Assembly (NCBI GenBank): GCA_045567135.1 | Contig: JBJLDM010000020.1 | Location: forward strand, 1-40,955 | Length of the DNA: 40,955 bases | Reading direction: 5' to 3' | Source: Candidatus Pelagibacter sp. | GTDB lineage: Bacteria; Pseudomonadota; Alphaproteobacteria; Pelagibacterales; Pelagibacteraceae | Part shown: piece after piece, positions 29,495 to 38,884 of the stretch | Layout: each line of letters begins with the position of its first letter | Position numbering within the stretch: the first letter of the stretch is position 1 | The notes under the pieces: generated by a model | Seen by the model: the letters and a program-made list of their open reading frames with translations, nothing else | Database searches by the model: none | Told to the model about the DNA's origin: nothing | Made by a program: the position numbers and the translations under genes

Positions 29495-31215
29495 TTCTTT
29501 AAAGACTTCAGCATCAAAAGAATTTCAAGAATTGTTGAATAGTCAGCTATCAAAAATAAAAAATTTAGCAGAAGGTAAAATTATTGAAGGAAAAGTTACC
29601 AAAATAACTGAAAAATTTATTTTTTTATTTATTGAAGGTCTAAAATCAGAACCAGTTGTTGATATTAATGAACTTAAATCAATAGGTATAATGGAAAGTG
29701 TAAAGTTGGGAAGTAAAGTTTCAGTTTTACTTGAAAGAATTGAAGACAAAAATGGAGATGTTGTTGTTTCTGCTACCAAAGCACTTAAAATTAAAGGATG
29801 GGACCAACTCGTTGAAGCCTATGAAAAAAATCAACCTATCATGGGTAAGATAACTTCAAAATGTAAAGGCGGCGTTATAGTTGAGCATGTAGAGACGGGA
29901 TCTTTAATGTTTTGTCCCCGGATCTCAGATCTCAGATAAACCTTTAAAAGATATTTCACATTTAATGAATGAACCTCAAAAATTTGCATTAATAAAACTT
30001 GATAAGATAAGAGGAAATGCTTGTGTATCACGAAGACAAATTATTTCTTCGTTCAAAAAAGAAGATAAAGCTAAAATTATAGAAAAATATAAAGTTGGAG
30101 ATATAATTAAAAATGCTGTTGTAAAAGGATATTCTAGTTTTGGATGCTTCTTCGATGTAAATTCTGAATTGGATGTTTTAGTACATTTACAAGAAATAAG
30201 TTATTCAAGAGTTAATCATCCTGAAGAAATTTTTAATATAGGTGAAAAACACGATTTAAAAGTTATTACTGTAGATAAAGAAAAACAACAAGTTGGCTGT
30301 TCAATAAAACAGCTATCTCCCGATCCATTTGAACACATTTCAAATTACGAATTAAATAAAGAGTATAAAGTTAAGGTTGTCAAGTTGATGGATTTTGGAG
30401 CTTTCTGCGAACTAGAACCTGGATTAACGACACTGCTGCATTCTAGTGAACTAAGTTGGACTAAAAAAAACCCGTCTGCAAAAAAAATTTTTAAAATTGG
30501 CGATGAAGTATCATGTGTAATTACTGAAATTGATAAAGAAAAAAGAAGAGTTTCAATCTCTCATAGATTAACACAAGAAAATCCATATATAAAACTTGAG
30601 AAACAACATGAGATTGGAAGTATAGTTGAGGGTATAATAAGTAGTATAAATGATTATGCCATTTACATAAAAATTGAAGGTTTTGATATTGACGGTTTCT
30701 TACATGCTAATGATTTAACTTATGAAAAAAACCAAGAAGATGAATTAAAAAAATATAAAAAAGGTGATAAATTAAAAGTTAAAATACTAGAAATAAAAGC
30801 AGACCAACAAAAAGTTAGGGTTGGACTTAAACAAACAGAAAATGATCCTTTCGATTGGTTTAAAAATAAAAAAATAAATGAAACTGTCACTGTAAAAGTT
30901 ATTAATTCAGATTCTAAAGCATTATTAGTACAGCCTGAAGGAAGCAAAATTAAACTACAAATTAAAAAATCTCAAATTGCCATAAATGCAGCTGACGCAA
31001 GAACCTCTCGTTTTGTTGGTGGAGAAAGAATAGATGCTGCTATTTCTGAATTAGATGTCACAAAAAGAAAAGTGTCATTGAGTATTAAATTGCTTGAAGA
31101 GCTTCAAAATAAAGAAGCTGTAACGAAATTTAGCTCTCCTTTATCAGGAAAAAACCTTCCATTTTCATCATTATCAGATAAATTAAAAAAAACAGATAAA
31201 AAAAAGAAAGATTAA
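29481..31215 (+). CDS. rpsA: 30S ribosomal protein S1 with one apparent +1 frameshift at the C4 run 29916-29919; 577 aa if corrected
   Basis: Tandem S1 repeats. Removing one C restores FCPGSQISDKPLKDISHLMNEPQ and joins the two ORFs. Confidence 0.93.
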
Positions 31216-31221
31216 GCTAAA

Positions 31222-31515
31222 TTGGCCATTGTAAAATCAAAGCTTCTTAAAAAAATCTTTGAAAACTACCCAAATTTTTTAAAAAAAGATTTAGAAAAAT
31301 TTTTTAATATTATTCTAGAAGAGATAAAATATTCTCTAAAAAAAGGTAATAGAGTTGAACTAAGAGGTTTTGGTATGTGGTCAACACATCTCCAAAAAGC
31401 AAGAATTTCTAAAAATCCTAAAACAGGTGAAAAAATAAATACTCCTGAAAAAAAAACTATACATTTTAAAATGGCTAAGGAATTATTTCATAAAATAAAT
31501 AATAAAAATGATTAA
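31222..31515 (+). CDS. ihfB: Integration host factor beta subunit (HU/IHF family)
   Basis: KSKL, RVELRGFG, NPKTGE, HFK; follows rpsA. Confidence 0.88.
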   Translation: MAIVKSKLLKKIFENYPNFLKKDLEKFFNIILEEIKYSLKKGNRVELRGFGMWSTHLQKARISKNPKTGEKINTPEKKTIHFKMAKELFHKINNKND

Positions 31516-32185
31516 AAAAAAAATTTTTATAGCTTGTGATACAAACAATATAGATAGAGTTAAAAAAATTATAAAAGAAACTCAAACAAAAAAACTTAAA
31601 ATTGGATATAAGTTTGGTTTAGAATTTATCAACTCTAAAAAAGGAAGAGTTTTTATTTCTAAATTAAAAAAAAAAATTATTTTTCTAGATCTTAAACTAA
31701 ATGATATTCCCAACACTATGAAATCTGCTGTTAACGCATTAAAAGATCTAAAAATTGATTATCTCACAGTTCATATTAGCTCTGGCTTAAAAGCTTTAAA
31801 AGCAGTAAAAAAAGTTTCTGATAAAATTAAAATTGCTGGAGTAACAACCTTAACTTCCTTGGACAATAAAGATTTAAGAGAAATTGGTTTCGAAAAATCT
31901 GTTAAAAAACTAGTTATTCACCAAAGTAAGCTAGCACGTAAAGCTAATTTAGATGCTTTAATATGTAGTGCTCATGAAATTGAATATATTAAAAAAATAT
32001 TTAAAAAGGAAATAATTACACCAGGAATAAGATTGACTAAAAATTCTCATGACCAAAAAAGAGTAATGACACCCAGAGAGGCGATATTTAAAAAAAAGAG
32101 CGACTGGTTAGTGATTGGAAGATCTATTACTAAAGGAAATATCAAAAATAATATAAAAAATTTAATTAATCATCTTGACAAATAA
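31508..32185 (+). CDS. pyrF: Orotidine-5'-phosphate decarboxylase
   Basis: DLKLNDIPNT, TPGIR, DQKRVMTP, VIGRSIT. Confidence 0.96.
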   Translation: MIKKKIFIACDTNNIDRVKKIIKETQTKKLKIGYKFGLEFINSKKGRVFISKLKKKIIFLDLKLNDIPNTMKSAVNALKDLKIDYLTVHISSGLKALKAVKKVSDKIKIAGVTTLTSLDNKDLREIGFEKSVKKLVIHQSKLARKANLDALICSAHEIEYIKKIFKKEIITPGIRLTKNSHDQKRVMTPREAIFKKKSDWLVIGRSITKGNIKNNIKNLINHLDK

Positions 32186-32808
32186 TGAAAGCAAAAATTT
32201 GTGGGATTAAAGATCAAAAAACTTTAAATTATATTATTAATCATAATTATCCACCAAAATTTATTGGATTTATATGTAATTACAAAAAATCAAAAAGATA
32301 TATTAAGTTTAAATATTTAGAAAAATTAATTAACACAAATAAAAAAAATACTAATTTTGTTGCTGTATTAGTAAAACCAAATAAAAATTTTTTAGAAAAA
32401 ATAAAACTCCTCAATTTTGATTACTATCAGTTGTATAATGTTAGTCCAAAACAAACAAAAAATATAAAAAAAAAATATAAAAAAAAAATAATAACTGCAC
32501 TAACTATTGAAAATAAATTTGACGTTAAAAAATATAATAAATATATCAATATTTCAGATATTATTTTATTTGATAGTAAAGGTTACGAAAAATCTATGAG
32601 CTTCGATCACTTATTAATAAAAAATTTACCTAACACGATAAAAAAAATGTTGGCTGGAAATATAAAATATAATGAGAAACTTGATAATTATGCAAAAATA
32701 ACAGATATTATTGATATATCTGGAAGTTTAGAAACATCGGGTAAAAAAGATTTTAAAAAAATAAATAAGTTTTTGAAAAATTTAAAAAAATTAAATGATA
32801 AAAATTAA
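32185..32808 (+). CDS. trpF: Phosphoribosylanthranilate isomerase
   Basis: KICGI, GFI..KSKR, LFDS, LAG, DISGSLE; precedes trpBA. Confidence 0.9.
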   Translation: MKAKICGIKDQKTLNYIINHNYPPKFIGFICNYKKSKRYIKFKYLEKLINTNKKNTNFVAVLVKPNKNFLEKIKLLNFDYYQLYNVSPKQTKNIKKKYKKKIITALTIENKFDVKKYNKYINISDIILFDSKGYEKSMSFDHLLIKNLPNTIKKMLAGNIKYNEKLDNYAKITDIIDISGSLETSGKKDFKKINKFLKNLKKLNDKN

Positions 32809-34027
32809 AAAAAAAATCCCTTTAATTGATCAACATGACAAAAATGGATTCTGGGGAGGAAAATTTGGAGGAAACTTTATACCTGAAACTTTAAAAAAAC
32901 CTTTAGAAGATCTAGAGGTATTGTTTGAAAAATTAAGAAAAGATAAAAATTTTATAAAAGAAAGAGACAAATATTTTAAAAATTGGATCGGATCTCCTAC
33001 AAGATTTGTAAAATTAGAAAAACTAACTAAAAAACTAAATGGAGCTCAAATTTGGGCTAAAGTTGTTTCTGATGCTAATGGAGGTGCTCACAAAATTTAT
33101 AATGCTACCGTACATTGTTTGATAGCAAAAAAAGCTGGAAAAAAATTTGTAGTAGGTGATACAGGTGCAGGATATGCGGGAAAGATGCTTAGCATGGCAG
33201 CAAAAAAATTTGGCTTAAAATGTAAAATATTCATGGGTTTAAAGGATATTAAAAGACAGAAACCAAATTGTGATGCAATGAGAAAAAATGGTGCCGAAAT
33301 AGTTCCAGTTTATACTGGAAGTCAAACTTTGGTAGATGCAGTAAGCGAATGTATGAGATATTGGGTTTCAAATTGCGATACAACACACATGTGTGTAGGA
33401 TCTACAGTTGGTCCAAACATATTTGTAAAAATATGTGGCTGGAGCACTGCTCAAATATCTAGGGAGCTTAAAACTCAAATTAAATTAAAATTTAAAAAAA
33501 TTCCAAAAAAAATAAAATTAATTAATTGTGTTGGGGGTGGAAGTTCTGCATATGGTTTTTGGAGTGAATTTATTGATTTTAGTAAGAATCAAATTGAACT
33601 AATTGGTGTTGAAGCAGGAGGTCCTAAAAAATCTAAACTACATGCTGCCCCCTTAAGTAGAGGCGCCAAATTAGGTATTTTACATGGTGCAGCTTCGTAT
33701 GTATGTCAAAATAAGGAAGGTCAAATTAATAAAACTGAGTCAATTAGTGCTGGATTAGACTATCCTGGTGTTAGTCCAATTCACTGTTTCTTAAAAGATA
33801 GCAAAAGAGCAAGATACACTTTTGCAACTGATGAAGATGCTCTCGAAGCATACAGAATGATAAAAAAATATGAAAAATTAAACCCAAGCTTAGAGCCAAG
33901 CCATGCATTTGCTGAGGCAATAAGAATAGCTCCAAAATTAAATAAAAATGTAATTATAATTGTTAACTCTTGTGGAGATGCAAAAAAAGATAGGGATATT
34001 TTAAAAAAAAGATTAGGGAAAATATGA
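32795..34027 (+). CDS. trpB: Tryptophan synthase beta chain (divergent motifs)
   Basis: FGG.FIPETL, GAHK PLP lysine, TGAG, CVGGGS, GVEAGG, SISAGLDYPGV; between trpF and trpA. Confidence 0.88.
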   Translation: MIKIKKKIPLIDQHDKNGFWGGKFGGNFIPETLKKPLEDLEVLFEKLRKDKNFIKERDKYFKNWIGSPTRFVKLEKLTKKLNGAQIWAKVVSDANGGAHKIYNATVHCLIAKKAGKKFVVGDTGAGYAGKMLSMAAKKFGLKCKIFMGLKDIKRQKPNCDAMRKNGAEIVPVYTGSQTLVDAVSECMRYWVSNCDTTHMCVGSTVGPNIFVKICGWSTAQISRELKTQIKLKFKKIPKKIKLINCVGGGSSAYGFWSEFIDFSKNQIELIGVEAGGPKKSKLHAAPLSRGAKLGILHGAASYVCQNKEGQINKTESISAGLDYPGVSPIHCFLKDSKRARYTFATDEDALEAYRMIKKYEKLNPSLEPSHAFAEAIRIAPKLNKNVIIIVNSCGDAKKDRDILKKRLGKI

Positions 34028-34827
34028 CTTTCTCACAAATCAGTTTAGCATTTAAAAATGCAAAAAAAGAAAAAAGACCAGCCTTGCTTACATATACTGT
34101 TGCGGGGGATAATACTAAAAAAAAATCATTAGATATTTTAAAATCAATTTCAAAAAATGTTGATATTTGTGAAGTTGGTTTTCCTCATAACACTCCAATA
34201 GCTGATGGTGGACAAATACAAACTAGTTCATATCGAGCTTTAAAAAATGGAATTAAAATTAATGATGTGTTTCAAATAATTAAAAAATTTAAAAATAGCA
34301 AAAAATCTAAACCAATAATTTTAATGGGATATTATAACATAATTTTTCAACTAGGTGAAAATCAATTTATTAAAAAATGTAAAAAATCAGGAGTAAATGG
34401 AATAATAGTTGTTGATCTACCTTATCCAGAAAATAAAAAATTTGCTAAAAAATGTAAAAAAAATTCAATAGATTTTGTACAACTAATTTCTCCAACTACT
34501 TCATTTAAAAGAATGAAAAAAATTATAAAAGATTCACATAATATGATTTACTATATAAGCATGCTTTCAACTACCGGCGGAAAATTAAAAGTTTCACCAA
34601 ATCAAATTATGAAAAATTATAAAAAAATTAAAAAAATTAATAAAAATAAAAATTGTGTTATTGGATTTGGAATTACTGAAAAAAATATCTCCAACCTAAA
34701 AAAGTCTGATGGCTTAGTCGTCGGAAGTGCTTTATGCAAAAAAATAACAGAAAGTATAAAAAAAAGACAAAATCCTGTCATAAATGTAAGTAATATGGTA
34801 AAAAAATTAAAAGCAAAAATGATATGA
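34024..34827 (+). CDS. trpA: Tryptophan synthase alpha chain
   Basis: EVGFP..PIADG.QIQ (E49 and D60 equivalents), LMGYYN, VDLP, GFGI, VVGSA. Confidence 0.93.
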   Translation: MTFSQISLAFKNAKKEKRPALLTYTVAGDNTKKKSLDILKSISKNVDICEVGFPHNTPIADGGQIQTSSYRALKNGIKINDVFQIIKKFKNSKKSKPIILMGYYNIIFQLGENQFIKKCKKSGVNGIIVVDLPYPENKKFAKKCKKNSIDFVQLISPTTSFKRMKKIIKDSHNMIYYISMLSTTGGKLKVSPNQIMKNYKKIKKINKNKNCVIGFGITEKNISNLKKSDGLVVGSALCKKITESIKKRQNPVINVSNMVKKLKAKMI

Positions 34828-35753
34828 ATTGGATAAAAAAAACACTTAATTTTGGTGAAAAAATAAAAAAATTATTAAAAGTAAGACCAACAAAAGAAGA
34901 TATTGAAAATAGTGATTGGACGTCTTGTTGTAAAGGTCCAATATTAAAAAAAGATTTAGAAGAAAATTTATGGGTTTGTAACGCATGTGGAAAGCATCAT
35001 AGAATTACCTGCAGACAAAGATTTGATATATTTTTTGGAAAAAACAATTACGAAGTTTTAAATACACCAATACCACTTGATGATCCTTTGGAATGGAAAG
35101 ACTCAAAAACTTATAAAGAAAGATTAAAAGAGGCTAGAAAAAAAACAGGACAAAAAACTGCTGTTCTTATTGCTAAAGGTAAAATAAATAAGATTGAAGT
35201 TACCGTCGGTGCAATAGACTTTGGCTTTATAGGTGGTTCAGTAGGAGCCGCTGAGGGTGAGGCTATAATTTTTGGAATACAACATTCAATAGACAATAAA
35301 ACACCTTTTATTTTTTTTCCATGCGGAGGTGGACAAAGAATGTTTGAATCACCGATAGCTCTTTCTCAAATGACTAGAACTACTTTGGCAGTTAATGAAT
35401 TAAAGAAAAATAATTTACCATACATAATATGTTTTACTGATCCAACTGCAGGTGGTATTACTGCCTCTTTTGCGATGCTTGGTGATTTATCCATAGCAGA
35501 ACCTGGGGCTTTAATTGCTTTTGCAGGAAAAAGGGTAATACAAGCAACAGTAAAAGAAGATCTTCCAGAAAATTTTCAAACAAGTGAATATGTTCAAAAA
35601 TGTGGATTTGTAGATCTAATTGTTGAGAGAAAAGATCTTAATAAAAAAATAGGAACTCTTTTATCAATATTATTAAAAGAAAATTCTGATATAAGCTCAA
35701 ATTTAGATGAAACTTCAGAAGATTTTAGCTCGTTTACAAAAGCTGCATCCTAA
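34824..35753 (+). CDS. accD: Acetyl-CoA carboxylase carboxyltransferase beta subunit
   Basis: FIGGSVG, GGQRM, PTAGGITASFA, AEPGALIAFAG, FQTSE. Confidence 0.95.
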   Translation: MNWIKKTLNFGEKIKKLLKVRPTKEDIENSDWTSCCKGPILKKDLEENLWVCNACGKHHRITCRQRFDIFFGKNNYEVLNTPIPLDDPLEWKDSKTYKERLKEARKKTGQKTAVLIAKGKINKIEVTVGAIDFGFIGGSVGAAEGEAIIFGIQHSIDNKTPFIFFPCGGGQRMFESPIALSQMTRTTLAVNELKKNNLPYIICFTDPTAGGITASFAMLGDLSIAEPGALIAFAGKRVIQATVKEDLPENFQTSEYVQKCGFVDLIVERKDLNKKIGTLLSILLKENSDISSNLDETSEDFSSFTKAAS

Positions 35754-36975
35754 AGAAATTGATCTAAGCTTAGATCGTATAAAAAACCTTTGCACAAAAT
35801 TAGGAAATCCTCAAGACGATATAAAATGTATTCAGGTTTGCGGTACTAATGGAAAAGGAAGTACAATTTCCTTTTTACATTCAATACTTAAAGAGGCAAA
35901 TATCAAATGTAATATTTATAGTTCACCTCACGTAAAATCCATCAATGAAAGATTTATTTATAACGATAAAATAATTGAGGATAATGAACTTGCAGATTTA
36001 TTAAATGAAATTGAAGAGATAAATGCGGGTCAACCACTCACATATTTTGAAGCTCTGACAGCAACATTTTTTCATGGATGTCGAAATTACAAAGATAATA
36101 TAGTTCTCGCAGAATTTGGTCTTTTTGGCAGAGGAGATGCAGTAAATATCTTAGAAAAAAATCTTTGTAATATTGTAACTTCATGCAGCGAAGATCATTT
36201 GGAGTGGTTACCAGAAAATGACAGAAATATAGAAAGGATTATTTTTGAGAAAACTTCGTCTTTGCTTGAATCAAATATAATTGTTGCAAAACAATCATCT
36301 AAAGAAATTGTAGAATGTATTAAAAAAAATATTTCTAATAATAAGGCAAATAAATACTTTTTTAACGAAGACTACAACTTTGTTTCAATGGAGAATGACT
36401 TTTTTTATTATGAAGATAAATACGGTGGTTTAAAAATTCCCAAGCCTGGTATGAGTGGTCAATTTCAATTAGAAAATGCATCTACAGCAATTGCTTCACT
36501 TAGAATTTTAGAAAATTTAAAGATTAAAGACGAGCAAATTGTTAAAGGTATAAAAAATGCATATAATTCAGCTAGACTGGAGGAAATTAAGTCTGGCAAA
36601 CTAAAAGACTTAGTAAAAAATAATAGACTTATTATTGACTCATCTCATAACCCTGGTGGATCAAAAGCTATTAATGAATATCTTCAAACTTTAAATTGTA
36701 ACAAGCATGTAATTGTAGGAATGATGGAAAATAAAGATCACAAAAAATTTATAAATTATTTTAAAAATATTTCTTCTTTAACCGTCATTGACATACCAAA
36801 TCAAACAAATGCAATAAGCGGTGGAAAATTAAAAGAAAAATTCAAAAAATTTAAGAATCTTAATTACGCTAAGAGTATAGAGCTAGCTTTAAAAGCTTTA
36901 CAATTAGAAAAAAACGATATTATTTTGATTACAGGATCTATATATCTTGCAGGAGAAATGTTTAATTTAAATTAA
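35707..36975 (+). CDS. folC: Folylpolyglutamate synthase / dihydrofolate synthase
   Basis: HPKEIDLSLDR, GTNGKGS, SPH..NER, HNP, TGSIYLAGE. Confidence 0.94.
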   Translation: MKLQKILARLQKLHPKEIDLSLDRIKNLCTKLGNPQDDIKCIQVCGTNGKGSTISFLHSILKEANIKCNIYSSPHVKSINERFIYNDKIIEDNELADLLNEIEEINAGQPLTYFEALTATFFHGCRNYKDNIVLAEFGLFGRGDAVNILEKNLCNIVTSCSEDHLEWLPENDRNIERIIFEKTSSLLESNIIVAKQSSKEIVECIKKNISNNKANKYFFNEDYNFVSMENDFFYYEDKYGGLKIPKPGMSGQFQLENASTAIASLRILENLKIKDEQIVKGIKNAYNSARLEEIKSGKLKDLVKNNRLIIDSSHNPGGSKAINEYLQTLNCNKHVIVGMMENKDHKKFINYFKNISSLTVIDIPNQTNAISGGKLKEKFKKFKNLNYAKSIELALKALQLEKNDIILITGSIYLAGEMFNLN

Positions 36976-37289
36976 AGATTTTCTTTTAAAAAATCTCTCA
37001 TTTGTTGTTCTGGTAAGCCACCAACTTTTCTTGCTACCTCAATACCTTTTTTATAAACCACAACAGTTGGAACTCCTCTTACAGCCGCAGCACTCGCAGA
37101 GTTAATCGCTTTTTCATCTATATCTGCATAATAAAAATTTGCTCTATCTTTAAACTCATCAGATAATTTTTCCATTATAGGCTTTAAAACTTTACAAGGT
37201 CCACACCAAGAAGCAGAGAACTGTAAAATCGAAACATCTTCATTTTTAACCTTTGAGTTAAAATCATCATCTTTAAAATCTATAAGCAT
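36972..37289 (-). CDS. trxA: Thioredoxin
   Basis: WCGPC active site; VRGVPT; convergent with folC. Confidence 0.95.
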   Translation of the reverse strand: MLIDFKDDDFNSKVKNEDVSILQFSASWCGPCKVLKPIMEKLSDEFKDRANFYYADIDEKAINSASAAAVRGVPTVVVYKKGIEVARKVGGLPEQQMRDFLKENL

Positions 37290-37323
37290 ATGTTTTATTT
37301 AATTACTTTAAACTTAATGTCAA

Positions 37324-38754
37324 CTACGCATTTTCATATTTTTTTTGTATTGACATTACAAATTCATTAAATTCATCTAAAAATTTTAACTTTTCTTCAT
37401 CATTTTGGTCTGAGTATTTATCTCTTAAATTATCAATTTCAAAATAACATTCTTTAACTGTCCACCACTTTTCTTTCTTTTCACTTAAAATCCTTTTAGC
37501 TATTCCACTTCGAATTTTTTTAAACATATCTTGAGGTAATACTTCTGGAGCTTCTTGATAAATTATTTTTTTCCCAAAACCTAATAATCTTTTATCATCA
37601 AATTTATCTAATAATTTTAATTTATCTTTCCAGGAAGCTGCATGCCACTCGGGGAAAAGTGCTGTATCTTTATTTGATGTAAATTTAGTATATATACTCT
37701 CCTCAGCATAAATATCTTCTTGTGATTTTAGTTGTTCTTTTTCTTCAGCTATCTCTCTAAGTGCTGTTAAAATATTTTGAGAAAACTTTTCGTTATTTTT
37801 GATTATTTGAGCTCTTTGTTTAATTAAATCTGGATCTATTGTGTTATATGGTTCTACTTTCATCCCGTATTCTGCATCCATAATTATTGGTGCCTTGTTT
37901 GATCTTATTGTCCTTAAAAACTTAGGTGTTTTTTTCATCTCGATTTTTAATTCATTAATTGACATTTTTAATAAAGGCTCAACATCTACTCTAAGATCTA
38001 TTGCTTGACCCCATTGGTAGATAGGGTGAATACAATGTTTTGGATGTAAAGGGGCACATAGATATAATCGAGATTTTCCATAAAAATACTCATTCAAAGT
38101 TATAATATTTTGTTTTTTAAAAATTGTTTCTGTATCTGATCTATTTGCTGTTTTTAAAAAAGTATCCCATGTATTAGGTTGTTTTTTTCTTACTAAACCT
38201 AATATTTTCATTGTCAAATTTGCATCAAATAAAGCTGAGTGTGCATCGCTGGAGTCGAATCCATTCATACGACTTAAAGATTCTAATTTAAATACTGCAT
38301 TACCTTTTTGATTAATCTCTGTTTTTAGTACATTTGGATCTATGGCATAAGCTGCTCTCGCAATATTGAGGCCATCATGCCTTTTATTAGGTGATGCATT
38401 CGTAATATAAGGATATCTAATTCCTTTAAAAAACTCTTTTCTAATCATTTCATCGTCAAACCCAATGTTAGACCAACCTAAAAAAATTGCTGGGCTCCAT
38501 TTTTTGAATGTTTTTTCTACCTCATTAAGCATTTGATAATGACTTAAATTTCCTTGAGTTAATTGTTTCACACTTGTTTTATTAACAATTAGGGCCATTG
38601 CTTGAGGAATTTCACCTTCGGGTAACCTACATCTAAAGTTAAATCTGTCTTTTTCTTTAAAGTTTTCATCAACTAATATTCCACCAATTTCGATTATACT
38701 TCCAAAATCAGTACTAGCACTTGATGACTCGATATCCCATATAGCTAAATTCAT
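37324..38754 (-). CDS. sbcB: Exodeoxyribonuclease I (3'-5' ssDNA exonuclease, DEDDh)
   Basis: ExoI DIES, ExoII NIGFDDE, FKLESLS..NG, ExoIII AHSALFD, IRSNKAP and EESIY; 476 aa. Confidence 0.9.
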   Translation of the reverse strand: MNLAIWDIESSSASTDFGSIIEIGGILVDENFKEKDRFNFRCRLPEGEIPQAMALIVNKTSVKQLTQGNLSHYQMLNEVEKTFKKWSPAIFLGWSNIGFDDEMIRKEFFKGIRYPYITNASPNKRHDGLNIARAAYAIDPNVLKTEINQKGNAVFKLESLSRMNGFDSSDAHSALFDANLTMKILGLVRKKQPNTWDTFLKTANRSDTETIFKKQNIITLNEYFYGKSRLYLCAPLHPKHCIHPIYQWGQAIDLRVDVEPLLKMSINELKIEMKKTPKFLRTIRSNKAPIIMDAEYGMKVEPYNTIDPDLIKQRAQIIKNNEKFSQNILTALREIAEEKEQLKSQEDIYAEESIYTKFTSNKDTALFPEWHAASWKDKLKLLDKFDDKRLLGFGKKIIYQEAPEVLPQDMFKKIRSGIAKRILSEKKEKWWTVKECYFEIDNLRDKYSDQNDEEKLKFLDEFNEFVMSIQKKYENA

Positions 38755-38772
38755 ATATTAATTATCCTTTAA

Positions 38773-38845
38773 AAAGCTATGTTTTGATGGATGTTTAGAT
38801 TATTTTTTTGAGTACTAAACCATTTGCATCTAAACAAGTAGCTCT
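38773..38845 (-). other. Long imperfect inverted repeat in the sbcB upstream region (candidate structured leader or terminator)
   Basis: Arm 38773-38798 is largely complementary to 38815-38845. On the minus strand it is followed by a U-run and the AAGGA ribosome-binding site. Confidence 0.55.
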
Positions 38846-38884
38846 TAGTTAGCAATATCTCTTGTAAGAATATATTAATGAAAG

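Noticed and set aside
29921-29937. Tandem repeat GATCTCA-GATCTCA-GAT in rpsA
   Set aside because: It encodes the expected GSQISD sequence once the frame is corrected; coincidental.
27499-31215. aroA and rpsA as true pseudogenes or programmed frameshifts
   Set aside because: Clustered homopolymer insertions with otherwise intact sequence and no recoding signals; sequencing error is more parsimonious.
568-35296. The many short antisense or alternate-frame ORFs in the track (e.g. 3507-3746, 4433-4729, 11890-12234, 25401-25694, 28201-28443)
   Set aside because: All lie wholly or almost wholly within well-supported genes on the opposite strand and show the F/L/I/S-rich shadow composition of AT-rich coding DNA, with no motifs.
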